DNA of 64,000 nt from the human T2T-CHM13v2.0 reference genome, Homo sapiens. The position numbers and the translations under genes are program-made. Each line of letters opens with the position of its first letter. Within the stretch, counting starts at the first letter, position 1. Where the stretch lies: the NCBI GenBank assembly GCA_009914755.4, contig CP068257.2:31712001-31776000 (forward strand), given 5' to 3'. Below are positions 18,077 to 36,983 of this stretch, piece by piece. The notes beneath the pieces are model-generated. The model was not told where the DNA came from. It did not search any database and saw nothing but the letters and a program-made list of their open reading frames with translations.

Positions 18077-18960
18077 TGACCTTTGGAAAAGCCTTGTCAC
18101 TTTGGACGTTTGCGTCTTTGAAGAGGCGATGGGAGCATATCATGACTGCCTGCCACCATTGCTTTTCAGACTACCACAACTCAATCATGCTGTCCAGGAC
18201 TTCTGGCCCTGTGTTCACCACTGGGAAAACGTACTTCAGACTGGATAGCCTAAAAAGGAGCAATGCCCTTGTAGGATGTGGAGAAGGGAAAATACGGACA
18301 TTAACATTAAAAGACACCAGTGAAATTGTTAGGTCTCTAGGAAGTTGGAGCACAAGGCTTCACGCTTTAAGACCATCTGTGGTTTTCAGTGAACAAGCGC
18401 TGAGCACCAGCAGCAGAAAACAACAACAAAAAAACACCTCGTTTTTACCTTGTCTTCTAGACATGAAAAGGCAGTTGCATTCCACTCTGCATTATGTTCT
18501 ACATGTTGCTTTATCAGTATATGCTTAGCTGTAAGTGACAAGTATTTTTTCTGAACAGAAGTTTACTTAGAAATACCATGCACTTGGGGGTACCAATTAA
18601 CCGCCTGAAAATTAGCATATTGATAGTTCTTAGAGAGACCAGATATAATCTAAGAATTTATATGAAAGATTTGTATCATTAGAGCCAGAAATAATTTTAT
18701 ATTAATATATAATACAGATTAACATTATATATAATATGTACCTGTGTCACTTCTGACATGAGCCTGTAAACATATATTCATATATGTACCTGCACATGTA
18801 CCCACCTGATGTAGGTCTTATTCCTTTAGTATGGACTTAAAGTACTTATTCATATACCTTGTAACTAAAAATTAGAACAGCTCCCTAGAATTATGAACTT
18901 TTAAGAGTCTGACTAGAAATTTGCAACTTATAAAAAAGTTACTTTTAAAAATATAAGTTA

Positions 18961-19100
18961 GGGCTAGGCACAGTGGCTCATGCCTATAATCTCAGCACTT
19001 TTGGGAGGCCAAGACAGGAGGATCACTTCAGGCCAGGAGTTCAAGATCAACCAACCTGGGTAACATGGCCAGACCCCATCTCTATTTATATATATATATA
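18961..19100 (+). mobile_element. Alu left-monomer fragment followed by a (TA)n microsatellite
   Basis: GGGCTAGGCACAGTGGCTCATGCCTATAATCTCAGCACTTTTGGGAGGCCAAGACAGGAGGATCACTTCAGGCCAGGAGTTCAAGATCAACC...tatatatatatata. Confidence 0.8.
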
Positions 19101-20034
19101 TAAAACTTAGAGTTTTTATCTTCCCCTAAAAGAGGCCGTGATATTTGCAGCAGCCTCAAATTGCTCTTAAGGGGTTTAGGTGTGCAGAAGCTTTCCTTTC
19201 CCTACCCAGTAACCATGTGACTACTAACGTGGTATATTGATTTATTTTGTTTGCTGTCTGTCTCCCCTGCCCCACTGCTGGAACAGAGGCTCCAAGAAAA
19301 CAGGGACCTTATTATTCATTACTGCATCCCCAGTAATGAAAGTACTTAGAAAATAATTATTGAATGAATGAAATCTAAACTGTGAACCTGAGGGTGTTTG
19401 TGGCAGTGTTTGTTTTACTGAATTGTAGAAGGACATAACCGTGTTTTCAGTGTTTCTATGGAACAAACTTGTACATTTTATTTCACTTGTGTTTTGTCTT
19501 AAACCCTACTGCTGGAAACAATTTTATGTAATAAGCAATGGGCCCAAAAGTCTAGGAGTTTTTTTGTACTTAGTGAATTTGTATGCAACAGAGATGCTGC
19601 AGCTGATGCCTTTAAAAGGTATTCATCATGGAAGAGCTGAGGCCTGTGCTTGGTGTTCCAGAGCCCAGGGTTGAGCATCCTGAAGGAGCCACTGCAGCCG
19701 TCACTGTCCCCAGAGCCTGTGGAGATAGAGCCTGTTTGCTGCTTTTTCTTCCCGCTCTTAAGACATGGCTGGAGCTCAGTCTTCATTGAATGAAGTTTGC
19801 TGTGGTATTGCATAGCCTTGCTTTCTTGAACTAAACTGTTTGCCCTTCACAAGTAGTTCTTCTTTCAGGATTAGTTCGTTCCAAGGAGGCTCTTCAGTCT
19901 CACAGATAAGTAGATCTCTCCTGCTGTCTGGACACATTTCACTCGGAAATTGAATACAATTTGTATTCAGGCTGGGAACCTGAACACACACTTGTGTTTT
20001 TAAGCTTCCCTTTTTTACAGTGGACAAGGACACA

Positions 20035-20047
20035 AATAATAAATAAA
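20035..20047 (+). terminator. IFNAR1: Candidate IFNAR1 polyadenylation signal, tandem AATAAA
   Basis: aataaataaataaa at 20035-20047; position matches the expected mRNA length. Not verified. Confidence 0.4.
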
Positions 20048-20335
20048 TCATCCCTAATGCCCAAGAAATGCCCTGGTACTTAGTAATAACAAAATACCAG
20101 TAACTTCCAGTTGTTTCTCACTACCTTTTTTCTTGAGTAGGATGATAATAGAATTACAACTCTTGAGGGCAACATAAATATAGGTGGATATTTGTGGTAT
20201 GATATTGATGGAAAAATAGCAATCTTTTTCTTTACCTGAGGGGAACAAAGGCAAGAGGAGAATTCGATAGTTCTCATAACAAAGGATTTCTGAGTTTTCC
20301 TCCCCTTTCTGTGATCTGTCTCCACTTGGAACTCA

Positions 20336-20728
<393 letters not shown>

Positions 20729-21871
20729 TCACAGTGACTCACCACCCTTGAGCCTCCCTCCCAGATTTTCTGGATACATCAAAGTTAAGAAGAAAAACCT
20801 ATTTTCCTATCTTTCCAGTAAAAGGACCCTTTTTTCTAAACATAGTCCTTAAATATATAATAGGCTTTTTGTGTACTTGACTCTGTTGTCTATTCCCAAA
20901 TTTTATAATACTTTTAATATTCTGGAATTGTACTTAGAGAGATTATTCTAAATGTTGTAGTATAAAAGTACATCATCCACTCTGAAATCTCCCTAAAAGA
21001 ACTCCACTGCATACACGTGGAGAAGTCATCATGCCCCATCTGTGTCTGTACCTGCGGGTGTGTCTAGCATGCTCCCTAGGGAAGGGATTTTATACCATTT
21101 GCTTATATTTATTTGGCAAGCTCCATGAAAACAAGGACTGTTTTTTAACTTTGTGGCTGACACTTGGTTGCCTAAGTGTTTAACGGTGATTGAGCGGGGA
21201 CGTTGACGGTACAAACACTGATTGAATTTACCACTGGAGGGCAACAAGTCACCCTGTTCAGGCTGACAATCGGTTACTATTCAATAATTCCATTCCCAGA
21301 AGATACGCCAAGTATGTTTATACAGGTGGTTTCTTAAAGTTCTGTTTGTGATTATCTCGTCTTGAGCAAATGAGGAAAGGATGTGAAGAATCTGGTGTCC
21401 CCATGATCTCACCCAGAAATGGTTTGGTAGTTACAAAGCAAGATAGAGCAGTTGAGCAAATACTTAGCCCATCTAGTCCTCTACCACTACCACCTTCGCC
21501 TTTTAATGAGCAGGACTTTGTAGTAAGCGAGTTGTTGAAAAGGAGCTCCACATACTTAGTAACAGCCTCGGAGCGGATGGAAAGAAGTAGGCATTGCTGC
21601 AGAGCTGAGATGAACCTGCAAGGAGACAGCCTTGGCCCCAGGGAATGATCACTGCACTGCGCCCCCTACTGGCCTGGCTGAGATGACTAGCTGTGATTCC
21701 CTCCTTAGTCTCACCTGTTGAAGATGGCGCAGAACAGTTACAGCCATGATCAAAAAAGATAATTAATACTTTAGTGTCTCCTGCCCTATCCGCCCCCAGG
21801 GAGAGGCCAGACCATTCAGGGTGCCAGCTGGAGGTTATAAGGGTGGAGTGTGGAGACAGTGTTTCGTGTCA

Positions 21872-22078
<207 letters not shown>

Positions 22079-23480
22079 CTTCCTGATAGCTGAACATGCA
22101 GAGGCTGCTGGGAAGGGCATAGAATCTCTGCAGTCCTTCTCACATACCTTATCCTATGTATCTCTTCATCTGTATCCTTTGTAATAGCCTTCATAATAAA
22201 CCGGTAAACATAAGTTAGTGTTTCCTCTAGTTCTGTTAGGCAATCTAGCAAATCAGTTGAACACAAGGAGGGGGCCATGGGACCCTCAATTTATAGTCAT
22301 TCAGTCATAACAGGTAAAACCTGGGGCTTGCAATTGGCATCGGAAATAAGGGGGCAGTCTTGTGGGAATGAGCTCTCAACCTGTGAGATTGAAGCAGCAT
22401 GGTTGTCTGGGGTAATACGTGTGGTTTGTTGCCCCACGCCAAGGAAATCGAGGATGGGGACACAAAAGGAGTGGGTTCAAGAGCGGAAGTTTAGCAGGCA
22501 AAAGAAAGAAGAGACCTTCCCTGTGCAGAGGAAGGAGTCCCGAACAGGTTTCCGGGTTTACAGCGAGATGCGGTTGCTTTTATAGATGAGCTTGAGGAAG
22601 CGGTGTCTTATTTACGTAGGGCACAGAGGATTGGTTGGACCAGGTGTTCCATTTACATAGCACAGGAAGAGGCTGGCCATCCCACCCTCATCTGTTATTA
22701 TGCAAATGGCACCTCTACCTAGCCCAGGCCTTGTTGCCTGCTTTTTTACTGCACACGTGGCAACAAAGAAAAGGGAAAAGGGAACTTCAATATTGAATAT
22801 ACCTGACTTCCAAGTATCCCTTTCCTATTGGCACAGCTGCTGGCATTCGCCTATGCAAGCTTCCAGTTTGCTTATCTATGTTTGCAGCTTGAGTTTTCAG
22901 GCTCTTTTTGTTAGAAAAGAAATGATTTGGGGCTTCTTTTTATTAAAAGGCAAACCTTACTGAGGACTCTTTTATCCTCACTAACTGCCTAAATAAATTT
23001 TGTTTAGGTGTTGTATCAGGATCTGATGCTATCTCCAGGTAGACAGTGTCAGAATTAAATAGGAGGATACCCAACCAGTGTCTGCTGCAGAATTGATTGC
23101 CTTCTTGTTAATGGGGAGAAATCACTACGCATTTGGTCACAGAAGTCTTCTGTGTTTATTGTTGTGGCATGAGAGCAGAGGAAAAACGGTTTGAGATTTT
23201 TCCCCTCAAAAACATAGGGGAAATCTTCATGATATTGGACTTGGCAATGATTTATTGGCTATGACACCAAAAGCACAGACAACAAAAACAAAAGTAGACA
23301 AATGGGACTACATCAAACTTAAAAACTTCTGCATATAAAAGGAAATAATCAATGGAAAAGACAACCTTTGGAATTGGAAAAATTATTTGCAAAATATTTG
23401 CTTTGATAGATTAGCAGATAAAATGTGGTGTTCACATGCCACGGAATATTATTCAGCCTTTAAAAAGAAGGAAATTCTGA

Positions 23481-23806
<326 letters not shown>

Positions 23807-24079
23807 CTACAACATAGGTGAAGCTTGAGGACATTATGTATGCTATGTGAAATAGGCCAGCAACAAAAATATAAATACCATGTGATTCTACTTACATGAG
23901 GTTTCTAAAGCAATCTAATTTCTAGAGACAGAAATTAGACCGATGATTGCTGGCGGCTCAAGGAAGGGGAAAATGGAGAGTTGTTCAGTGGCTATAAAGC
24001 TTCAGTTTTTCAAGATGAAAAAGTTCTGAAAATAGGTAATACTACTGAATTGTACGTGTAAAATGGTTAAGATAGTAAT

Positions 24080-24207
24080 TTTTTTTTTTTTAAGAGACAG
24101 GGTTTCACTCTGTTGTCCAGACTGGCCTCAAACTTCTATCTCAAGCGATCCTTCCGCCTCAGCATCTGGAGTAGCTGGGACTATAGGTGTGCACCACCAC
24201 ACCCAGC
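24080..24207 (-). mobile_element. Alu with internal deletion, antisense
   Basis: poly-T, AAGAGACAGGGTTTCACTCTGTTGTCCAGACTGGCCTCAAACTTCTATCTCAAGCGATCCTTCCGCCTCAGC..GGTGTGCACCACCACACCCAGC. Confidence 0.75.
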
Positions 24208-24396
24208 TTTAAAAAGGTCACTATTTTACTTATTTATTTTTAATTAGGGCAGACTTAACAGTAAGTGATTCATCCTTGGTTTCTGATACATTATTTCCTC
24301 CTTTTTCTAAAGGAAGTCTGCTCTCTGCCATTATTTTATCTGCCCAGAATACAAGTATAGTAACGTCTTATTACAAGCTATACAAATCCTTTTTCA

Positions 24397-24761
<365 letters not shown>

Positions 24762-25091
24762 TCAGTGAAGAAATGTGAACACCAAGGTTTAGACTGAGAA
24801 GTAGGGCAGGGAGATTGGATGGAGGTAAACTTTAAACATTTCATGTCTTAATTTCTGCTTGTTTACCCCCAAGAGAATTTTATAAATCCATTTATTTCTT
24901 CATGTTTTAATTAACATCTAAAATATTTCCTGACACGTTTAAATAGTTGCAAAAGAAATACTTTACAGTAAGTTGTAAATATTCACATTTTAAAATAAAC
25001 TTGCTTTATCGCTCTTATAAATGCATTCAATGGAATCTCCTATCAAAGCAATTTGATACCCATCATTGTCTACTTTGAAATTACAGAAACT

Positions 25092-25408
25092 CGGCCAGAC
25101 ATGGCGGCTCACTCCTGTAATCCCAGCACTTTGGGAGGCCGAGGCGAGAGGATTGTTTGAGTCCAAGAGTTCAAAACCATCCTGGACAACATAGTGAGAC
25201 GACCTTGTCTCTACAAAAAAATGAACAGAATTAGCCAGGTGTGGTGGTGTGTGCCTGCAATTCTAGCTACTTGGGAAGCTGAGGTAGGAGGATCTCTTGA
25301 GCCCTGGAGGTCAAGGTATAGTGAGCCAACATTGTGCCACTGCACTCCAGCCTGGGCAACAGAGCAAGACCCTGTCTCAGAAATATTTTTTAAAAAATTT
25401 TTTTAAAA
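25092..25408 (+). mobile_element. Alu SINE, older, TSD AGAAACTC
   Basis: CGGCCAGACATGGCGGCTCACTCCTGTAATCCCAGCACTTTGGGAGGCCGAGG...CTCAGAAATATTTTTTAAAAAATTTTTTTAAAAAG. Confidence 0.85.
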
Positions 25409-25618
25409 AGAAACTCCAGAAACTGTTCTTTATGGGTTCTGAAACTTTACACCATTTCCTTTCCTCCTTGAATTCATATTCTTATTCCCACAAAAGTTCA
25501 TCTTCATGCAGTAGATTTATTGATCATCTATCGTATATCTTTGCAACAAAAAAGTATATAAATTGATATATTTCTTTTTATATGATCATAGTCTCTGAAT
25601 GTTAAAAAGAAAAAAATC

Positions 25619-25923
25619 TGGTTGGGTGCGGTGGCTCATGCTTGTAATCCCAGCACTTTGGGAGGCCGAGGTGGGTGGATCACGAGGTCAGTAGTTCAAG
25701 ACCAGCCTGGCCAAATGGTGAAACCCCGTCTCTACTAAAAATACAAAAATTAGCTGGGCACGGTGGCAGGAGCCTGTAATCCCAGCTACTCAGGAGGCTG
25801 AGGCAGAAGAATCACTTGAACCCTGGTGACAGAGGTTGCAGTGAGCCAAGATCAAGCCACTGCACTCTAGCCTGGGGGACAGAGTGAGACTCCATCTCAA
25901 GAAAAAAAAGAAAGAAAGAAAAA
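25619..25923 (+). mobile_element. Alu SINE, full length
   Basis: GGTTGGGTGCGGTGGCTCATGCTTGTAATCCCAGCACTTTGGGAGGCCGAGGTGGGTGGATCACGAGGTCAGTAGTTCAAGACCAGCC...aaaaaaaagaaagaaagaaaaa. Confidence 0.9.
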
Positions 25924-26037
25924 TAGCTTTTCTGGATTATTATTGCAATTATTAGTATACAGTTGATCAAATATTTCATAACCTTTGATAAATAATTTTT
26001 CAGCATAAAAAGTCCAATTTCACTGGAAATGCATCTC

Positions 26038-26350
<313 letters not shown>

Positions 26351-27055
26351 TGGAAATACATCTCTTAATTAACTGGATGGAGCTTCTTCCCTCTTCCTTC
26401 AATGCCTGCAGGTGTCACAGATGAACATGCCTTCTTGCCACATGGAGACAGGACCTAGTGCCTCTGCTGCTCCTGTTTTCCATGTTTTGGGGTGAGGCTT
26501 TGTGATGGGCTTGGAAGGAATCCCAAAGTGTCACCTCCACTCGAGTCTTTGGATTCTTTCTGATTTATAGGTCAAAAGCTATTTAGTGAACATTTATCAA
26601 AAATTATCTCTATCTAGTTGCTGAGCATGATATGAAAGGAAAATAAAAACTCGGGACTCCAATTCACTCTGCCAAAAGAAAAAAACTAAGCTGAAAGCTG
26701 AGTCATGCAAGAAGCTGCCTTTCCTTTTGTTCCTAAGCAGAGAGCTAGAGGTAAAGGTAAGTGTCTTGGGGGGGATATTTAACCTACTCTGTGTTCACCT
26801 TATCTTCTGTAAAGTGCTGATTTTCTGAGCATACAAGGAATACATAATTGAAATTGACTATTCCCCTACCTGCTCCTTTTCTCTTGCAACTTGTGGATTC
26901 GATAATGTGACCATACCCTCCTTCTTTCCATACCAGCCTGTTTTTTCCCTTATATTGAAGCCCTCAAAATCATCTTTGGAGAAAGGCACAGACCTGTCTC
27001 CTGGGCATTGTCCTTAACCTTGGCAAAGTAAACTTCTCAATTGAGACCTGTCTCA

Positions 27056-27405
<350 letters not shown>

Positions 27406-27981
27406 CCCAGCAGCTAACATTATAAAAACAGAAACTGCCAAACATTATACATCTCCTGATGGACAGATCAGGAGTAGTCTTGAAAAAACCCATTGTTAGG
27501 AATGATAAATTCCTCTTCAAAGGGTTTAATTGTGTAAAGTTCTTGCTCTTTGTTCAGAAGCCCAACCTCCTTGTACTCTCATTTCTAGCCTGCAAACAAC
27601 TCTTCCGCTCTGATTGTGCCCTGACATGCCCAGACATGTTCAGACATGCCTTGTACTCTAACAGACAAACTACTCCTACCCCATCCTTCTCTTAACTGCA
27701 CGTTTGCCATATTTAGAGAAAGTTTAAGTCTTATCCAGTTGGGTTAGTTTAGATTGTGCGGTCCAACTCCAACCAATGGGGAAAGGACACAGGAACAGAA
27801 GCTGCATGCGGGGTAAAAACCCTTCTCTCCTTTGTTCGGTGTGCTCTTGCAAGCAGATGGACACAGGCAGCACTCTTCTGCAGAAGTAAATGTGCCTTGC
27901 TGAGAAATTTTCTGTCTAAGTGCTGGTTTTTCTTTGCAGCACTGAGTGCTTGTTTCTAACACCATCCTGACCTGGCCTTAG

Positions 27982-28524
<543 letters not shown>

Positions 28525-28953
28525 TGAGAGAGAAAGAGGAAGTTACATTTATGAGACTGATAGTGGCAAGAGGCAGGCAAATGCCTAGGCAGATAACAGC
28601 GGGTCCCTGGTGAAACCCCACTGCCAAGCCAAAAACAGTTTAAAGCCTGAAAGTCAAGCTACAGGTCACATCCACGGACTGGATTGAGAACCTGTCTTCC
28701 CATTTGGTGCACTTTCCTCTGATTGAGCCCCACCCTTCACCTGTTTTATATATACCTCCTAATTGGTTCTCTACACTGTCATGCCCACCTTTCAGTGGTG
28801 TCTTTGCTTTAGCCTTTTTTGCATACTCACAAACCAATCAGCATGCACTCCCCTATTCTGAGCCCATAAAGACCCCAAACTCAGCCACACTGGGAGAGAG
28901 AAACCACCTGACTGTGGGGATCAGGGACCACCCCCACGTCCACTCTCCACTGA

Positions 28954-29672
<719 letters not shown>

Positions 29673-30214
29673 CACAATTTTTGTAATATGAATTACTAAC
29701 TTATTTTGTGCCAGCTAATAATATTATGGTAATCTTGTGCTTTAAATAAGATGCGTCTGAAATGTTTATAGATGAAGTAAGATAATATTTGAAATTTACT
29801 TCAAATGAACACTGGAGGAAAGGTACAGAAATGCAGGGCAGTGCAATGGGTGTAATGCACTGTGCACAAGGGAAGGCCTTATTCCCCCACCTGCTGAAGC
29901 ATTGCCAAGAGACAGCCTGGCTCTGTCAGTATCTTCAAGAAGCACCTCACTGAGGAGTACCAGCCTGTGCTGAGCCCTTGTCTGTGACAGCCCACATCCA
30001 GTGTCTTCTCCATCAGGGCTTGCCCCACTGGGTCAGCTCCCAGGTCCATCCCCTAGAACTCACTCTTCCCAGCCCTGCTTCCTTCTCTCCCTTGCACAGA
30101 TTTGATCCTGGGAGCACTCCCTATTCAACTTCCTGCAAGCTAACCTGGATCTCAGAGCCTGCTTCCAGGGAACTCATCCTGTACAAGTTGAAAGAAAACT
30201 AGCCGTGAATGGAT

Positions 30215-30840
30215 AATTCTTAAAGCTGAGTGTGATAGGTAGAATTCAAAGATGGTCCCCAAGGTCCCTACCTCTGATATAAACACCCTGTATCATCCCC
30301 AGTACTGTCTGGCAATAGATTTTACTCCTGTAACTAGCTTCTTTGGCACAGTTGACCGCTAGCCGGGGAGAGGAGTATTCTGGTGGGCCTGACCTAAATC
30401 ACATGAGCCCTCCAAAAGCAGAGTTTTCTCTGGCTCCTCCCAGACAGCAATTCAAAGCACAGGGATTCAACAGGCTGCTGATGGCTTTAAGGTGGAGGGA
30501 GCCACAGTGCATGGGATGCAAGTGGCTGGTAGCAGCTGGGGCAGCCACTGTGGGCGGTCAGCATGGAAACAGGGTCCTAGGTCCTGCAGCCGCAAGGAAT
30601 GGAATTCTGCCAACAGGAGCAGACTTCAAGAATTCTCCCCCACAGAGCCTTCAGATGAGAACACAGCCCAGCCGACACCTTGACTTCAACCTTACAATAT
30701 GCTGAGCAGAGAGCCTAGCCATGCTGGACTTCTGACCACAGGGTGTGAGCTAATCCATGAATATTGTTCTAAGCTGCTAAGTGTGTAGGAATTTGTTGCA
30801 CAGCAACAGAAACCTAATATACTAGGTGACAGGCACAGAG
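30215..30840 (+). mobile_element. Solitary LTR remnant, MLT1-related; family not certain
   Basis: LTR-like layout ending ...CCAGCCGACACCTTGACTTCAACC...GGACTTCTGACCACAGGGTGTGAGCTAATCCATGAATATTGTTCTAAGCTGCTAAGTGTGTAGGAATTTGTTGCACAGCAACAGAAACCTAATATAC, similar to the 3' end of an MLT1 consensus recalled from memory. The overlapping ORF 30343-30705 is repeat-derived. Confidence 0.4.
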
Positions 30841-31367
30841 AGGTTCATAACCCTAGTCTATTTCTGTACAAGTCTGAAACTTTCCATAGTGAAGAAAACC
30901 AAAATATTTCACCCCAAAATATATTTCCTTGACATAGTTCAAGATGGTGATTCAGAAGGGCTAGAAATACAAGAGCAACTAAAACGCTGTCTTTTGTCAG
31001 GGAGATTTGCATCTGTCGAGAAAATCTGCACGGATGCAACCAGGCTTCCTCTCAGGCCCTCCCTTGTCCTATCCAGGAAAGATTAACTGAGAGTCAGACA
31101 TCTTTAAAGGTCCGAAAAGCATTCATCACCTATTCTCTCTGAGCACTGCTATCTGTAAACTTTCTAACAAGACCACCTTTGCTAACCAGACCTCATCTTC
31201 TCCCCCTCCCATACCTGTTTTGCCATGATTCAAGTCCCCATTCTGTCTGTACACTCAGGAAGGCATGGAAGCTACTGAGCCCCACTGGGGAGTTGGGGTC
31301 ATCACTCTGGGGTTCTCCTGTGTGCACGTTAATACATTTGAATGCCTTCTATCCTTTTAATCTGCCC

Positions 31368-31719
<352 letters not shown>

Positions 31720-32327
31720 TGAAGAGGAAGTTTTCCCTTCGTCACCATAACAGTCATCATAAATGTTTAAAATCCTGATTTTCATGTTGCTAATCGAAGC
31801 TGAGTGTTGGGAACTCAGCTGAGTGGCTCATTATACTTCTCTCTAATTTCAGGAACATATAAAATTTCCCATAATAAAACCTTCAAAAATTTGTACAATG
31901 ATTGATTGGTCAGCAGGCAATTTGAGTAGTTCCTACTTACATTATTTTTGTAAGCAAATATTAATAAGTGCCAGCCTTCTTAAAGGGCTTGTCACCCAGT
32001 CACTGGAATCATTCTGTTTCTCAACTGAGTTGTCTCTTAGCTTGTGCCCCAGAGATTTTCACACCCAGGTCATCCTAGTGAGAGTCCAAGGGTGGGAGAG
32101 AGGAGCATGCTTTTCTTTATGAAGTAAAGGAAGGGTGATTGTGGAAGGGAAGGTGGAAAAGAACCTCAAAACGTGGGCCCTGAAGATGAATTGTAGGCAA
32201 AAGCACTTATGGAAGCTGAGAGATTGCAAATTAATTGCATTAAAGCAGTGGTGGCAGTTTTACCCCCAGAGGAATTTCGCATTGTCTGGAGACATTTTCG
32301 GTTGTCACAACTGGAGGGTGGGGGTAG

Positions 32328-32804
<477 letters not shown>

Positions 32805-33112
32805 AAGTGTGCATACACTTGACTTTGTTACTTTGAGAGACGTATTTCAATTTTTCTGCTACTAAAAGTGATTGCTTCTACTTGGGAAGGTATGAGCATG
32901 GGATGTAGCATTTGTCACTGCAGAGAGGCCAGCAGCCCCCAGGTCTGTAGCAAGACACCCATGCCCTCACTTAATGCTGAAGGAGACCATTGGACTGGCT
33001 CCAGAGGGCACCGCCCAGGTGCGCGGGTGCGGTAGGATTGTTTTTGGGGAACCCTGGGGCCAGGCCTCACCTTGTGGGTGGAGTAGAGAGGTTGCTCCTA
33101 AAAGAAATGAGA

Positions 33113-33739
<627 letters not shown>

Positions 33740-35270
33740 TCAGGCCAGGAAATGAAGACTTGAAGGAATCCATAATCCCTGATTCAGGGAGGCACCTCTC
33801 CCTCCCTCTGATCTCAAGGTGCGTGGGCATCTACCAGGGTGAGAGATTTGCCTGAGGGCACTGTGATTCTGAAGAGGTTGGCCTGGCTCCTTAGCAGACA
33901 GGAGGCCCTTCAAGGCCCTGAGTTCATTCCTGTGGGTTCCAAGCATGGCCCCAGCATGGCAGCATTAACAAGTGACTGCCTGGGTAGGAATTCCCTTCCT
34001 TTACCCATAAACCTTCAGGGAAGTCACATTAAAGCTGTAATCTTGTCACCACTATCTCTTTGGAAAATGAAGGGAGGGATTTATGCCCAGAGTTGGCTGA
34101 ACCAGTAGAGAGACAAGCAAAAGGCAGGAGGTGCCAGTGTGGTGAGCAGACCCCTTGGGGAATAGTAAGCAGGCTCTGCTACCAGATGACCAGTTTCTTC
34201 GAAACTGGGAGAATTCATCTGAAATGATTATTTATGAAGTTCAAGTATATATTCACCCTGAGCAAGAAGAGTTTATTTGATTTCATTAAAATCATAACTG
34301 CATGGAAAACAAGTTGGTAAAATAAAGCATTTGTGTTGCACGTGTTTTCCTCTAAAATTAAACTGGGATTATACCCAAAAGCTGCCTTCTGTAACCAGCT
34401 CTGTACCAGTTTGGCTGGTATCTACTTCCTGAAACTCACATCTTTATGACAATAATCATCAAGAATAAATACATGAAGCAAAGCTGGGTCTTCCTAGTTC
34501 TGTTGCTGCTTGTCACTTCAGGGAAAGGAAGTTGAAAGAAAGAAGACCGAGTATATTTGTTCATCCTACAAACTGTGTGAGTGTATTGTATGCCCTATAA
34601 GGTGCACATCTACTCATTGCCAGGTTCAAGGATCTTTGACTTGGACAAAGTAGAAATTTGGGATGTATACTGCTTTTGGGACTTTCCTTCAACTGTAAAC
34701 AATTATTATGGAGAAGCATACATTTCTCTGATTCTTTGTTGGCCTTTCAGCCTCTTGACCCACTTCCTCAAATGTATAGTGGTTTTTATATTAAATTTTC
34801 CCCTTGACTAAGCAAAGCATGTAGTGTCCAGTTACACTTCCTCTTCAATAGGGAAATGCTTATTTTTTCTATTTGTAGAACTTAAAAGCAAACAGTTGCA
34901 ATATGAAAAAAATTACTTAGTTCACCCCCCTAGAGTGTGGAAATGGATGATTCAGAATTATTATCAAGTATTTCTTTTGGAGGTTGTACAAAGTTCAGAT
35001 TCGCAATTAGGCACAAAACAATGTCTTGAAGGGATAGGGACTCCAGGGTACAGTAACCCAATTTGAATTCCAGCCCTGCCACCTACTGGCCGTGTGACTT
35101 TGGGCAAATAACTTTAGGTCTCTGTACCTAAAACCCCAAGAAGTGCTTGGTAAGTATTATATAATAATTATAGTAATAAACATAAACTTGGCATGCTCAT
35201 GCTCACATCGGTATCACAGGGACATTGTAAAGAGAAATGATGAGCATGCAGCTTCTAGCGCAGTTCATAG

Positions 35271-35564
<294 letters not shown>

Positions 35565-35969
35565 TAAGTAGCCACTCCTTCCTTCCAGTCGCTAAGGTCA
35601 AAAACCTTATGCCACCCCTGACTCCTGCCTTTCTCATGACCCGCATTCTATCTGTCAGGAAATCGCACCCATGCTACCAAAATACCTCCACTCTGACCAC
35701 TTTTACCACTTCCACTGCTACTACCCTGGTCCAAGCCACCATTCAGAAAATTAGGACACATCTAAAAAGCATCTTCACAGAAACATCTAGAATAATGTCT
35801 GACCGAATGCCTGGGTAGCATAACCTAGTGAAATTGACACATAACATTAACTATCACATGATGTTAAATAAATGATCAAATAGTTGATCCATTAAAATAA
35901 GAGTTCAAATGGCTTAGTTTAAGCTAGTGTCATTGAAAGAAAAAAACACACCATTTAAAAAATATGTTC

Positions 35970-36232
35970 AGGCTGGGCAAGATGGCTCACGCCTGTAATT
36001 CCAACACTTTGGGAGGCTGAGGTGGGTGGATCACCTGAGATCAGGAGTTCAAAACCAGCCTGGCCAACATGGCGAAACCCCATCTCTTCTAAAAATACAA
36101 AAATTAGGGAGGGTGAGGCAGCAGAATCGCTTAAACCCAGGAGACAGAGGTTGCAGTGAGCTGAGATCGTGCCACTGCACTCCAGTCTGGGAAACAGAGC
36201 AAGACTCCATCTCAAAAAAAAAAAAAAAAAAA
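35970..36232 (+). mobile_element. Alu SINE with small internal deletion
   Basis: AGGCTGGGCAAGATGGCTCACGCCTGTAATTCCAACACTTTGGGAGGCTGAGGTGGGTGGATCACCTGAGATCAGGAGTTCAAAACCAGCC...A19. Confidence 0.88.
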
Positions 36233-36664
36233 GTTCAAATTTCAGGGTTTTTAAAATAGACATATTTTTTTCTCTAATGCTAATTTCATTTAAGGTGTTT
36301 TCAAAAAGTTAAACAAAAATTTTTCTAAAACTAGATTGTGGTAGTATTTATATAACTCTGAAGTTAATAAGAATTATTGATGTATACATTTAAGATGGAT
36401 GAGTTTGTGGCATGTAAATTATACCTAGATAAGGCTGTTTTTTTAATTGGGCAATAAATGAGCTGTTGATTATGTAAAAACATTCTATTTCAGGAAGAAT
36501 ATTTAAACAGAAAATTCCGGGGCTGAGACACAACTACACTTGATAGTATGCAATTATAAGTAGGATAAAATCGGGAGACACTTGAAAATTAGTATTACAG
36601 ACAAAATCCTGAGTAGACACAAGAAAATAATATTTTTAAAATAATCTTTTAAAAATAATTTTTG

Positions 36665-36983
<319 letters not shown>

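Noticed and set aside
17962-18528. 188-aa ORF in the IFNAR1 3'UTR
   Set aside because: It starts inside the antisense Alu ([10 protein letters not shown]...) and continues through untranslated sequence downstream of the authentic IFNAR1 stop. There is no coding support.
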